DNA from: Kiritimatiellia bacterium
GTDB taxonomy: Bacteria; Verrucomicrobiota; Kiritimatiellia; RFP12; UBA3636
Direction of reading: 5' to 3'
Length of the DNA stretch: 64,000 nt
NCBI GenBank assembly: GCA_017481725.1
Contig: JAFUOX010000061.1
Span: forward strand, 19,467 to 83,466
Part shown: positions 38,966 to 48,396 of the stretch, piece by piece
How the letters are laid out: each line of letters begins with the position of its first letter
Numbering within the stretch: the stretch's first letter is position 1
Position numbers and translations under genes: made by a program
Notes under the pieces: model-generated
Told to the model about the DNA's origin: nothing
What the model saw: the letters and a program-made list of their open reading frames with translations, nothing else
Database searches by the model: none

Positions 38966-39042
38966 TGGTGGGCGAAGTCGGACTCGAACCAACGACAGGC
39001 TGGGTGTAAACCAGCTACTCTAACCAACTGAGTTACTCGCCC
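38966..39042 (-). tRNA. tRNA-Val (anticodon TAC), CCA encoded
   Basis: minus-strand sequence GGGCGAGTAACTCAGTTGGTTAGAGTAGCTGGTTTACACCCAGCCTGTCGTTGGTTCGAGTCCGACTTCGCCCACCA; cloverleaf with anticodon loop TTTACAC; GTTCGAGTC T-loop. Confidence 0.85.
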
Positions 39043-39434
39043 TTAAAAACGTGTATAAATTTAGCATATCCCGATTTTGAAATCAAGAGAAAAATTAAGA
39101 TTTTTTAAATATTTTTGGTTTTGGATTAATAAGTGTTTGGTAATAAAGTGCTTGTTTGGCGAATTTTTTTTTAAAAAAATAGGGTTTTTATGCTTTGTAC
39201 ATAAGATTAGCCTACATAATGAGTTTTTTGCGTCATATGCATTCTATGTGTGCATCACGCAGATATCCTGACTCCTAGTAAATTTGAGTGCTCATTTAAT
39301 TGTGCAATTTTACCTCTGATGTTCTTATTAAAATATGTTGTATTTTATTTTGGTAATTTGATATACTTAACATAGTAAATTTGGAAACTCAAATATCTAG
39401 AATTCAATAATTTCAGTTAGTTAATGAGGTAATT

Positions 39435-41018
39435 ATGAACAAGATTGCAATTATTCCACAGCCACAAAAGCTTGAGGAGTTGGGCGGTTGTTTTATTTTA
39501 AAAGAGGATGCAACAATTGCATGGAACGGTAATGTTGCAGCAAATCAAGAGGCTGAGTTTTTAGCAGAATATTTACGCCCTGCAACAGGCTTTGCTCTTC
39601 CAGTCGTTGAGGGAGAAGGGACAATCACTTTCTCTTTGCCTTCTCAGCCAGAAGCAAATGATATGGGCTTTTTTCCAGAGGGCTATAAGCTTGTAGCTAA
39701 GGATGGGAAAGTAGCAATTACAGGAGAGTCTGCAGCAGCACTTGGTCGTGCAATTCAGACAATCCGTCAGCTATTCCCTGCAGAGATATATGCAACAACC
39801 AAGCAAAATGTTGTTTGGGAATTTCCAGAGGTTGTAATAGAAGATAAGCCACAGGTTCAGTGGCGTGGTATGCACCTTGATGTTTCACGTCATTTTTCTC
39901 CAAAGGATGAGATTTTTCGCTTTATTGAATTACTTGCTCAGCACAAATTTTCAATTTTTCATTGGCATTTGACAGATGACCAGGGTTGGCGTATAGAAAT
40001 TAAAAAGTATCCTAAGCTAACTGAGGTTGGTGCTTGGCGAAAGGAGACACTAATAGGTCATGATCATAGTGATAGACCACATAGATTTGATGGTAAGCCA
40101 CATGGAGGCTTCTATACCCAAGAGGAGATAAAAGAGGTTGTTGCTTTTGCTGCACGTCGCCACATTATAATTATTCCTGAGATTAATACACCAGGCCATG
40201 CTCAAGCAATGATTGCTGCATATCCAGAGTTTGGTATGGCAACTCTAACAACTCCAGAGGTACGCACAAGATGGCATATTTCACATCATGTGCTAAATAT
40301 GGAGGATGCAACAGTTGAGGCTTGTAAGGATATTTGGCGCGAGGTATTTGCTCTTTTCCCAAGCAAATATTGTCATATTGGAGGTGATGAGTGTCCTTCA
40401 AATATGTGGGATGACTCTAAGCACACCTATGAACTCATGATAAAGCGTGGCATTACAGGAGATGCACGTAATCTTCAATGCTGGTATACTGGAGAACTAA
40501 ATAAACTCTTCAAAGAGCATGGTAGGAGAATGATTGGCTGGCATGAAATTACTCATGGTGATTTTAATGACACAACAGCAATCCCTGCATGGTGGTGGGG
40601 TGGCTATGATTATGTTAAATTGCTAGAGCGTGGCTTTAATATTATTCAGTGTAGCAATCAATATTTGTATTTTGATTATGCTCAATGTGAGCCAATCGCA
40701 GAGGAGCCATTAGCAATTAATAATGATCCTAATGGAAGGGCATATACAACAGAGCATGTATATTCATTTGATTTGTATCCAAGCTTTTTAAATGAAAAAC
40801 AAAAATCTCAGATTCTTGGCTGTCAGGCACAACTATGGCGTGAGTATATCCCAACCTTTAAGCATCTAGAGTATATGGCTTTCCCACGCGCAACAGCATT
40901 TTCTGAGGTGCTATGGACAGAGAAGCCTCGCCGCAATTATCGTTGCTTCTTAAAGCGCCTAAAGGCACAGCGTGCTCGCTTTGATGTTCAAGGAGTAAAT
41001 GCTTGCGATAGACCATAA
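39435..41018 (+). CDS. beta-N-acetylhexosaminidase (GH20)
   Basis: 527 aa; HWHLTDDQGWRIEIKKYP, IIPEINTPGHA, HIGGDEC catalytic-region motifs. Confidence 0.85.
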   Translation: MNKIAIIPQPQKLEELGGCFILKEDATIAWNGNVAANQEAEFLAEYLRPATGFALPVVEGEGTITFSLPSQPEANDMGFFPEGYKLVAKDGKVAITGESAAALGRAIQTIRQLFPAEIYATTKQNVVWEFPEVVIEDKPQVQWRGMHLDVSRHFSPKDEIFRFIELLAQHKFSIFHWHLTDDQGWRIEIKKYPKLTEVGAWRKETLIGHDHSDRPHRFDGKPHGGFYTQEEIKEVVAFAARRHIIIIPEINTPGHAQAMIAAYPEFGMATLTTPEVRTRWHISHHVLNMEDATVEACKDIWREVFALFPSKYCHIGGDECPSNMWDDSKHTYELMIKRGITGDARNLQCWYTGELNKLFKEHGRRMIGWHEITHGDFNDTTAIPAWWWGGYDYVKLLERGFNIIQCSNQYLYFDYAQCEPIAEEPLAINNDPNGRAYTTEHVYSFDLYPSFLNEKQKSQILGCQAQLWREYIPTFKHLEYMAFPRATAFSEVLWTEKPRRNYRCFLKRLKAQRARFDVQGVNACDRP

Positions 41019-41079
41019 TCGGGTTGAGACATAAATATTGTTCTTTACATTAGTAAAGTGTTCGTGATAAATTTAAAGC

Positions 41080-41256
41080 ATGAATGGATCGTTAACAAAA
41101 ATTGATAAAAGCAACAAATCAGGTCAAGCAATGCTTGAATATATTATTGTGTTTGTATCTTTTTTTGCAGTAATAGTAGTATTAGCGATTCTCTTATATG
41201 CACTCAGACAAAATGGAGTGCGAGTTTTAGATCTCGTGTCTTCAGAATATCCATAA
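41080..41256 (+). CDS. Flp-like prepilin (58 aa), not in ORF track
   Basis: KSGQAMLEYIIVFVSFFAVIVVLAILLY: G/xxxxEY Flp cleavage motif plus hydrophobic helix. Confidence 0.5.
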   Translation: MNGSLTKIDKSNKSGQAMLEYIIVFVSFFAVIVVLAILLYALRQNGVRVLDLVSSEYP

Positions 41257-41271
41257 GAAAGGAAGCTCTAA

Positions 41272-41505
41272 ATGAAAAACAATAAAAAACGCTCTGGTCA
41301 GGCAATGGTTGAGTATATCATCATCGTTGTTCTTATCGCTATTGCAGCAATTGCAGTATTCGGTTACTTTGGTGGTGCAATCACAAAGAAAACAGCTGGT
41401 GCAACCTCTGCTCTTGATGCAGATTTAGGCTCTGAGGCAGCTTCTGTTGCTGGAGAGAGCACAGCTGATACACTAAAGAATCTGGACGAAGACGGTAATT
41501 ACTAG
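41272..41505 (+). CDS. Flp family type IVb pilin
   Basis: 77 aa; KRSGQAMVEYIIIVVLIAIAAIAVFGYF; RBS aaggaag upstream. Confidence 0.65.
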   Translation: MKNNKKRSGQAMVEYIIIVVLIAIAAIAVFGYFGGAITKKTAGATSALDADLGSEAASVAGESTADTLKNLDEDGNY

Positions 41506-41555
41506 GATCTAGTTATTCTTTGTAAATTAGGATAAATAGACCCAGCAATTTTGCA

Positions 41556-42215
41556 ATGTCTAGGTGTTTAATCCTTAAAAACAAACAATCTCAATCAGGA
41601 CAAGCAATGTTAGAATCAATTATTGTGATTCTAACAGTTTGCCTTGTCCTTTTTGGGCTTTTGCAAGTGGCAATAGTTTATACAGGACAAGAGGTGTTGC
41701 ATCATGCGGCAGCTCGTGCAGCTCGTGCAAGATCTGTTGGGTTTAATGATTGGATGGTTGAAAAGGCAGTGCGTGTGGCTTCCATTCCTAATGCTGGAGA
41801 GCGTCTTGAGCCAATAGTGCTTAATCATGTTAATAGTGGAATACCTGCAAATGCAACACCTGGGGAGGCACTGGATATAGCCTTTTCGAGAAGACCAGTA
41901 ATGACATCTCCGGCAGCAGCAATAGAATCTGCCAGAGTGCCAGAATATCTTGCTTCAGAGAATTATGGGCGCTCAACATACATTTTAAATTATGAGGAAT
42001 GGGAGCGTGGCTCTATCACCTACGATATAGATGAATCCTTTTCTGAGCATGGAACAATCCATGCAGAGGTGCAGCAGATGTTTCCACTAAAAATGCCGTT
42101 TGCTGGATATTTTTATCCGTTTAGCAGTAGACGCGATGAAAATAATATTCCCCGTATAAGAATGAAAGGGGAAGCCGTTTCTGGGAATCATTCCGCTTTA
42201 TATCTTGAAAAATAG
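41556..42215 (+). CDS. TadE-like pseudopilin
   Basis: 219 aa; N-terminal SGQAMLESIIVILTVCLVLFGLLQVAIVYTG. Confidence 0.55.
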   Translation: MSRCLILKNKQSQSGQAMLESIIVILTVCLVLFGLLQVAIVYTGQEVLHHAAARAARARSVGFNDWMVEKAVRVASIPNAGERLEPIVLNHVNSGIPANATPGEALDIAFSRRPVMTSPAAAIESARVPEYLASENYGRSTYILNYEEWERGSITYDIDESFSEHGTIHAEVQQMFPLKMPFAGYFYPFSSRRDENNIPRIRMKGEAVSGNHSALYLEK

Positions 42216-42218
42216 TTT

Positions 42219-43640
42219 ATGATATTGAACATTAAGCAAAGTAAAAATATACAGAATCGATCAGGTCAAGCAGTATTGTTTATTGTTATGGCTATTTGTA
42301 TTCTTGCTTTTGCAATGCTTTGGATGGCAGATGTACATAGAATAATTTTTATTAAAGATCGTAGCCAAAATGCAGGAGATGCTGCGGCTCTTGCGGGTGC
42401 TCGCTGGCAAGCTACTGCAATGAATTTTGTTGGTGAATTAAATCTAATGCATGCACTTGCATCAAGTATGGGTGATGAGGTGTCTGTAGATGTAATAACA
42501 AATACACAAAAGCGAGTGTGCTTTGTGGGTCCAATGACAGGTGTTGCAGCAGCACAGCAGGCAGCAAAGCTTAATGGTATTCATGTTAATGATGATTTTA
42601 CTGCATTTATGAAAGAGCATGCTGATAAAATAGAAAATGAGTATGCTACAATTATGAATGGGAATAGTGCTCTTCCAGAGCCTTGGCCAGGTGCATGGTA
42701 TGAATATGCAGATATGGTTCGTGCAATTGCTGATGATGGTGTGGCTGCAGGCGTGGATAATGCTATTTTTTATACTGATCCTATGGGAGCCCATCCACTT
42801 CTGCAAATTGAGTTTTATGAGGCTATTCGAGGAAAAAATTGGTGTTGGTTTCATTTTTATGGGATGCATCTGCTCGAAGAATATGATGGTTACACATGGT
42901 GGCCAGCATTGCCTGAGCAGGAAGAGTTGCCATTGTCTTCTCCAGAATATTTAGCACTTCATTTGCGTCCAATAGAGTTGCGTTTGAGTTCGATTGTGAA
43001 AGAGGGACATCCTTCTATAGAGGCAGCAGAAGAGATAGGTATTGAAATTACTCCTCGAGAATTAGATGATACGCAAGATGAAGTACTAGAAAATTGGTTC
43101 TTTTACAACTCTGGCAGGTGGGGTAGTTGGGAAACAATGCTAGACTCTTCATTCCCAATAGAAGGTGATGTACGAGATGAATATAACTACCAAGGGGCAG
43201 ATTCTGTTATGCGTGTGGAGGCTTCCTCTCACCGACTTATGGAGGATACCAAAGCACATGATACCATTATATGGACAGGTGCAGCAAAGCCTTTTGGGTA
43301 TCTGGATGGAGAAGATAATAAGGCGACACCAAATTCTGTTGGTTTAGTTTTGCCTGCATTCCGTTCTGTAAACTTAATACCTATCGATGCGTCATCAGCA
43401 CCAGATGGAGGAAGCTTCAATATGAAGTGGCGCCGCCATCGGGAATATCATTTGCCAATATATATGGATGCAGGTCCATCTGCTTTATTCCCTAACTGTA
43501 TGTATTGTAGGCAATTAGCCACATGGGAAATTCCAGAATTTAGAATAAGTGGAGTAGAGTGGCTTGCTTCAAATGATTGGAAGTGTGTGATTTCTCCTCC
43601 TGGTGGTGGCCCTGGTGGTGGTACTCGCCATGCACATTAA
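42219..43640 (+). CDS. TadG/Tad-domain-like pilus-associated protein
   Basis: 473 aa; N-terminal RSGQAVLFIVMAICILAFAMLWMADV pseudopilin-like segment, then a large soluble domain. Confidence 0.5.
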   Translation: MILNIKQSKNIQNRSGQAVLFIVMAICILAFAMLWMADVHRIIFIKDRSQNAGDAAALAGARWQATAMNFVGELNLMHALASSMGDEVSVDVITNTQKRVCFVGPMTGVAAAQQAAKLNGIHVNDDFTAFMKEHADKIENEYATIMNGNSALPEPWPGAWYEYADMVRAIADDGVAAGVDNAIFYTDPMGAHPLLQIEFYEAIRGKNWCWFHFYGMHLLEEYDGYTWWPALPEQEELPLSSPEYLALHLRPIELRLSSIVKEGHPSIEAAEEIGIEITPRELDDTQDEVLENWFFYNSGRWGSWETMLDSSFPIEGDVRDEYNYQGADSVMRVEASSHRLMEDTKAHDTIIWTGAAKPFGYLDGEDNKATPNSVGLVLPAFRSVNLIPIDASSAPDGGSFNMKWRRHREYHLPIYMDAGPSALFPNCMYCRQLATWEIPEFRISGVEWLASNDWKCVISPPGGGPGGGTRHAH

Positions 43641-44088
43641 CATAAATTTGGTAGCTATTTATCTTGAGTTATATGCTGATTTACGGCATACGGATGCTTG
43701 AGAATTGTACGTGATGGTTCTGGTTCTATCGTAGGATTGGGACTTTGTTCCCAATTACAAATCATGATGCACTTTGATTTCGCAAGAATATTTGCCAAAT
43801 CAGTTGTTGTGTAAAATTTCAAATGCACCCCAATAAGGGGTGCAATTAAATAGTAGTTGCAATATTCATTGAAATAGGGTACTATTATTGGGAGTTTTTG
43901 TGATAGTCATTTCCTTGTGCTATTCAAGTCTATTAGTTTGGTGGCTAGAATAGGTAGAAAAATTATGTTGTTTTTCTTATGGGAAAACTTTTACATAAAC
44001 TATTTTACACTTTAATAATGGGCCTATGGGTAATTGTTTACTTTATTTTAATAAAATAAGCAGTTAATAATGTTAAGATAATTAAATT

Positions 44089-45060
44089 ATGAAAAGTTCA
44101 AATAATCCATCTAATAAACGAAATAGTAACTTTAAAGATTATATAAGAATTGCTCGTCTTGATCATTGGATTAAAAATCTATTTATCCTTCCTGGTGTCT
44201 TCTCTGCAATGGTTATTACGAAGTCAAAATGGGAGGATTTTAATTTAGGTTTGGTTATCTTAGCTCTGTTAGCAACTAGTTTTGTTGCTTCAGCGAACTA
44301 TGTTATTAATGAATGGCTTGATGCTAAATTTGATAAATTTCACCCTGTAAAAAAGAATCGTCCAGTTGTTGTTGCAGATCTTAAAGTGCAATATGTGTTA
44401 GTGGAGTATGCCGTATTTGCAATAGCAGGAATAGTTTTGTCATGTTTTATAAATAAGGTCTTTGCAATAATGGCTTTATGGCTGTTGATAATGGGGATTA
44501 TTTATAATGTAAAACCATTTCGTACTAAAGATGTTCCTTTTATAGATGTTCTTTCAGAATCTATAAACAATATGATTCGCTTGTTAATGGGATGGTTTGT
44601 CATTGCATCAACAACGATACCTCCATGCAGTATCATCATAGGATACTGGATGTGTGGCGCTTTTTTAATGGCAACAAAGAGATTTGCAGAGTATCGTATG
44701 ATTGGTGATCCTGAGCGAGCTGGGCTGTATAGAAAATCATTTAAACTTTATACAGAATCATCATTGTTAGTTTCAGCAATGTGTTATGCACTTATAGCAA
44801 CATTTTTGATTGGAGTTTTCTTAATTAAATACAAAATTGAACTATTGATTTCCATTCCATTTTTGATTGCTTTATTCGGTAAATATATTGCCATATCATA
44901 TAAAGAAGATTCTGCAGCCCAAAAGCCAGAAAAACTTTATAGAGAAAAAGGACTTATGTTGCTTACTTTAATATTTATTGTTGCTCTTATTGTTGCTAGC
45001 TTTATACAGCTTCCATGGCTTCAGGTATTTACAAGCACAGATTTTATCTCCTTAAGGTAA
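44089..45060 (+). CDS. UbiA-family prenyltransferase, decaprenyl-phosphate phosphoribosyltransferase (DPPR synthase)-like
   Basis: 323 aa; IARLDHWIKNLFILPGVF and NEWLDAKFDKFHPVKKNRPVV (NDxxDxxxD-type and HPVK..RP motifs recalled from Rv3806c-type enzymes); about 8 TM helices. Confidence 0.7.
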   Translation: MKSSNNPSNKRNSNFKDYIRIARLDHWIKNLFILPGVFSAMVITKSKWEDFNLGLVILALLATSFVASANYVINEWLDAKFDKFHPVKKNRPVVVADLKVQYVLVEYAVFAIAGIVLSCFINKVFAIMALWLLIMGIIYNVKPFRTKDVPFIDVLSESINNMIRLLMGWFVIASTTIPPCSIIIGYWMCGAFLMATKRFAEYRMIGDPERAGLYRKSFKLYTESSLLVSAMCYALIATFLIGVFLIKYKIELLISIPFLIALFGKYIAISYKEDSAAQKPEKLYREKGLMLLTLIFIVALIVASFIQLPWLQVFTSTDFISLR

Positions 45061-45099
45061 TATATTGGGTTGGGAGTTTGGGCTTAAAAGGATAGAAAA

Positions 45100-47370
45100 A
45101 TGACCCAAAAAAATATTTTTGCGATGTTGTTTAGTTTTGTTATGGCTGTTGTTTTGATTTTAGCCATAACATGTCCTTGGTTCTTGCATTTTCAGGGAGA
45201 ATTCCTTGATCATTGGGACCCTCCGTTTCATGCTTGGAAATTAGAATTTATAGCCAAACGGATATTGGCAGGTGATTGGTTTGTTCAAACAACTAATACT
45301 AATATGCTATATCCTTATTCTGGTACTTTTTACTATGAGGCATTACAATGGCCGCCTGCACTTTTTGCTGCGGCATTGTTTAAGTTTACAACAATGCCAT
45401 CGGAGCTTATTTATCACGTCACTTTAATTGTTTTTTGGGCATTATCAGCACCCTGTATGTATTATTTGCTTCGGCAATTGAACTGTAATATTATACCATC
45501 AATTATTGGAGCTCTGATTTTTTGTATTTTACCACATCGTATAAGTTATATGGTAGAATTTCAGATGGAAATGATCTTTGTGATGCCTCTATTTTTTGCT
45601 TTTGTTTTGCGTTTTTTATGCAAACCAACAATAGTTAGGGGATTATTAGTTTCGTTTAGTTTGTGGTTGTTTGCTGTAACTGAGCTTTATCAAGCAATTT
45701 TTGTTGTTATTGCGACTCCATTTTTAGCGCTTGCTTTTTTTACAAAAACGCCAAAAATTCTCAAAACAAAGCAATTCTGGATGTCAGCTGCTTTTGCGGG
45801 TGTTTTTGGGATCGCTTTGCTTTTTGTTATGCTTGCCCCATACCTTCAGCAACATTCAGAAGGTGCAGTAATGAGGCCTCTTGCTGAAATACGGCTGCAC
45901 TCTGCTCAGCCATTTTCATTCCTAGTTCCTTTTGGGCGTTTCTTTTTATGGCATTTCCCAGCAAAAGTAGATGAGTTTAGTATGTATCCAACGATTCCTA
46001 TACTAATCCTATTTACACTGGCGGGCATATATTGGATGGTGAATGTCTATAGGAATAAGTCACAATCACAATTTGTATTTATTTCTTCTATTGTTTTTTT
46101 GTTGTCTTTTTTATCTTTTTTAGTTCTTTGTTTGATAATCCAATTTACAAATATCCCATTTAAAAAATTCTGTTGGTATGCTGTTACAGCCTTTTCTTTT
46201 TTGTCAATTATTGGCTCTTTTATATTGTCTATTTTTCATTTAAAAAACGAATCTCATCGCGTTACGTTCATAAAAGGATTACTCTTTGCGTGTGTGCTTT
46301 TTTACTTTTTGTCACTCGGTCCTCTAATTTCTTTAGGTTTTGATAGAAGTGTTGAATTCTCATTTTCGAATTGGGTATATCTTATTTGTTATAGAAAAAT
46401 ATTGCCTTTCCTTTCTGGATTTAGAGTGGTTTCTCGTTTTGGTGTACTTGTTCTTTTCTGCATGATTATTGTCGCTACGGTTTTTTGTGATATAATTTAT
46501 CCACGCCTTTTTAAAAATAAACGCAGAGTTCTTTATATATGTCTTTTGTTTGTAATAATAGTTGGTGTTATACTAGAAGCAATACCTAACAAAAAAACAG
46601 TCACTAGGTATATAAAAGTTGATAATCCTCGTCAATCACCAGCTATTGCTAGATTTATTGAAGAGCATCCTATTTGCACTTTGGCAATATGCCCCTCCGG
46701 GCCTAGAAGAATAGAAGGACCTCGAATGTTTTCTCTATTAAAAGGGGATTGGCCATACATTTATGCATGGGGTGGATATTTCCCTACCTATTCTACTGAA
46801 TTAGCTTCTGAGATAAATTCCTATAATCCGCAAAAGATACATTTTGAATTGTCAAAATTCTTTCCTCCAGCTATTTTGATGTTGGATAAGGCAGAACTTA
46901 AACCAGTAAAAAGAGCATTTAGAGACAATGAAGAATTAAAAACATGGTTTATTCCGAATACTTGTGTTTTAGATTATGAACGCATTTACTCATCCATTGC
47001 TGATAAGATTGATTCTGATGATAGGTTTACAATTTTTAAGTTAAAGCCATATCCTCCACAAGCTGAGGTTACAAAGATATTTCGTAGTGATGTGGCCAAA
47101 ATGAATCCCTTCCTATCTTGTTCTGTAATATCTTCACCTGATACGCCAATAGAAATAAAATTTAATGATAAACATATAGAAACTATAAATACAAATGCAG
47201 AAGGTTTGGCTTTAATAAAAATGGAAGTTCCATTGAAACAATTGGAAAAAGCTTCCTTTAATACTTTTACAGTTAATTCATACGGTACAAATCTCGTTAG
47301 TGTTTTAAATTTTTCTCTTACTTCGGAAGATGGTTACTATATAGATGTTATGAAGCCTTATTCTAAATAA
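45100..47370 (+). CDS. large polytopic membrane protein, possible GT-C-type glycosyltransferase
   Basis: 756 aa; more than 12 predicted TM helices in the N-terminal two-thirds, about 250-aa C-terminal soluble domain; family not recognised by eye. Confidence 0.45.
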   Translation: MTQKNIFAMLFSFVMAVVLILAITCPWFLHFQGEFLDHWDPPFHAWKLEFIAKRILAGDWFVQTTNTNMLYPYSGTFYYEALQWPPALFAAALFKFTTMPSELIYHVTLIVFWALSAPCMYYLLRQLNCNIIPSIIGALIFCILPHRISYMVEFQMEMIFVMPLFFAFVLRFLCKPTIVRGLLVSFSLWLFAVTELYQAIFVVIATPFLALAFFTKTPKILKTKQFWMSAAFAGVFGIALLFVMLAPYLQQHSEGAVMRPLAEIRLHSAQPFSFLVPFGRFFLWHFPAKVDEFSMYPTIPILILFTLAGIYWMVNVYRNKSQSQFVFISSIVFLLSFLSFLVLCLIIQFTNIPFKKFCWYAVTAFSFLSIIGSFILSIFHLKNESHRVTFIKGLLFACVLFYFLSLGPLISLGFDRSVEFSFSNWVYLICYRKILPFLSGFRVVSRFGVLVLFCMIIVATVFCDIIYPRLFKNKRRVLYICLLFVIIVGVILEAIPNKKTVTRYIKVDNPRQSPAIARFIEEHPICTLAICPSGPRRIEGPRMFSLLKGDWPYIYAWGGYFPTYSTELASEINSYNPQKIHFELSKFFPPAILMLDKAELKPVKRAFRDNEELKTWFIPNTCVLDYERIYSSIADKIDSDDRFTIFKLKPYPPQAEVTKIFRSDVAKMNPFLSCSVISSPDTPIEIKFNDKHIETINTNAEGLALIKMEVPLKQLEKASFNTFTVNSYGTNLVSVLNFSLTSEDGYYIDVMKPYSK

Positions 47371-47394
47371 CAATATTAAAAAAAACGGTAAAAA

Positions 47395-47931
47395 ATGAAA
47401 AAAATAATATTGACGATTGCTTATGGTTTTGGTTTTGGGTTGTCTCCAAAGTTTTCTGGCACAACAGGTGCGTTTGTAGGTCTTCCTTTGGCCATTGCAA
47501 TTACGGCCTTGCATGGTTATTTGTGGATCCAAATTATCGTGGCTGCGTTGCTCACACTTTTAGCAATACCAATTTGCGATTATGCTGAAAAACATTCAAG
47601 TATTAAGGATGACGATAGAATAGTTGCAGATGAATATATGTTGTTACCAATATGTTTTGTTGGACAAGAACCGGTATTTTATCAACTTTTTGGAAGCGAA
47701 CCAGATATTATAAGAGCAATTTTGTTTATAGGAATGGCATTTGTGATAAGTCGCATTTTTGATATTCTTAAACTCTATCCAGCAAATAGACTTCAGAGAG
47801 CGCCTGGTGGTTATGGCATTGTGTTAGATGATTTGTTTGCAGATATTTATGCATTGCCTTGTATATGGCTATGTAATAAATTTATCTTAATCCCAATCGT
47901 ATTACCTTTTGTCAATAAATTATTTGCTTAA
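47395..47931 (+). CDS. pgpA: phosphatidylglycerophosphatase A family protein
   Basis: 178 aa; GFGFGLSPKFSGTTGAF, ADEYML, GGYGIVLDDLFADI align with E. coli PgpA motifs. Confidence 0.7.
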   Translation: MKKIILTIAYGFGFGLSPKFSGTTGAFVGLPLAIAITALHGYLWIQIIVAALLTLLAIPICDYAEKHSSIKDDDRIVADEYMLLPICFVGQEPVFYQLFGSEPDIIRAILFIGMAFVISRIFDILKLYPANRLQRAPGGYGIVLDDLFADIYALPCIWLCNKFILIPIVLPFVNKLFA

Positions 47932-48396
47932 CAAAGAGCTATTTGCTCGCTAGTACATCTAATCTAAATTAGGTAATAACTAAAAGTGAATAACGAATAA
48001 CACTGGTTAAGATGTGCTTTGAAGCGACAGCTTCTTATAATAGAGTGGTGTGCGTGCATTAGCAATACGCACACGCTTCTACATTTTTTATTCTCTGTTC
48101 GTTATTCTTTTTCACGAATAAAAGCTAGTTTTTGAATTAAGCCCATTATACAAGTCATCGTACCCAGCCATAATTTAGTAAATCTCTCGCATTATTTGTC
48201 ATAATATAAGTCTTTGCGAACTTTGTGATTTTTGCTGGAGAACAACAACATTTTTTTGAGAGTGTCGTTATTATCCACAAATAAAAATAAAATTTTATTA
48301 ATTGATTAAATCATAGATTTAAGGTAAAATTATTCCATTATTTTTTTAGGCATCCTTTTGCCTTTTTTATCAATCCATCAAAAATTGGACTTTCTT

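Noticed and set aside
38868-39434. Integrase or prophage next to tRNA-Val
   Set aside because: No tyrosine/serine recombinase ORF is present on either side of the tRNA, and I could not identify a duplicated copy of the tRNA 3' end in the window. Island insertion remains only a positional inference.
43812-43836. Perfect 8-bp hairpin tgcacccc-aataa-ggggtgca in the TadG-UbiA intergenic region
   Set aside because: On the + strand it is not followed by a T-run, and there is no minus-strand gene for it to terminate. It is too small to interpret and was noted only.
47932-48396. Purine or ZTP riboswitch upstream of purL
   Set aside because: I looked for the conserved purine-riboswitch junction motifs and the ZTP pfl motif (GGGUCGUGAC...CCGGGCGGA) and did not find them. 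Only a terminator-like hairpin (gtgtgcgtgc..gcacacgc, ~48046-48075) after pgpA was seen.
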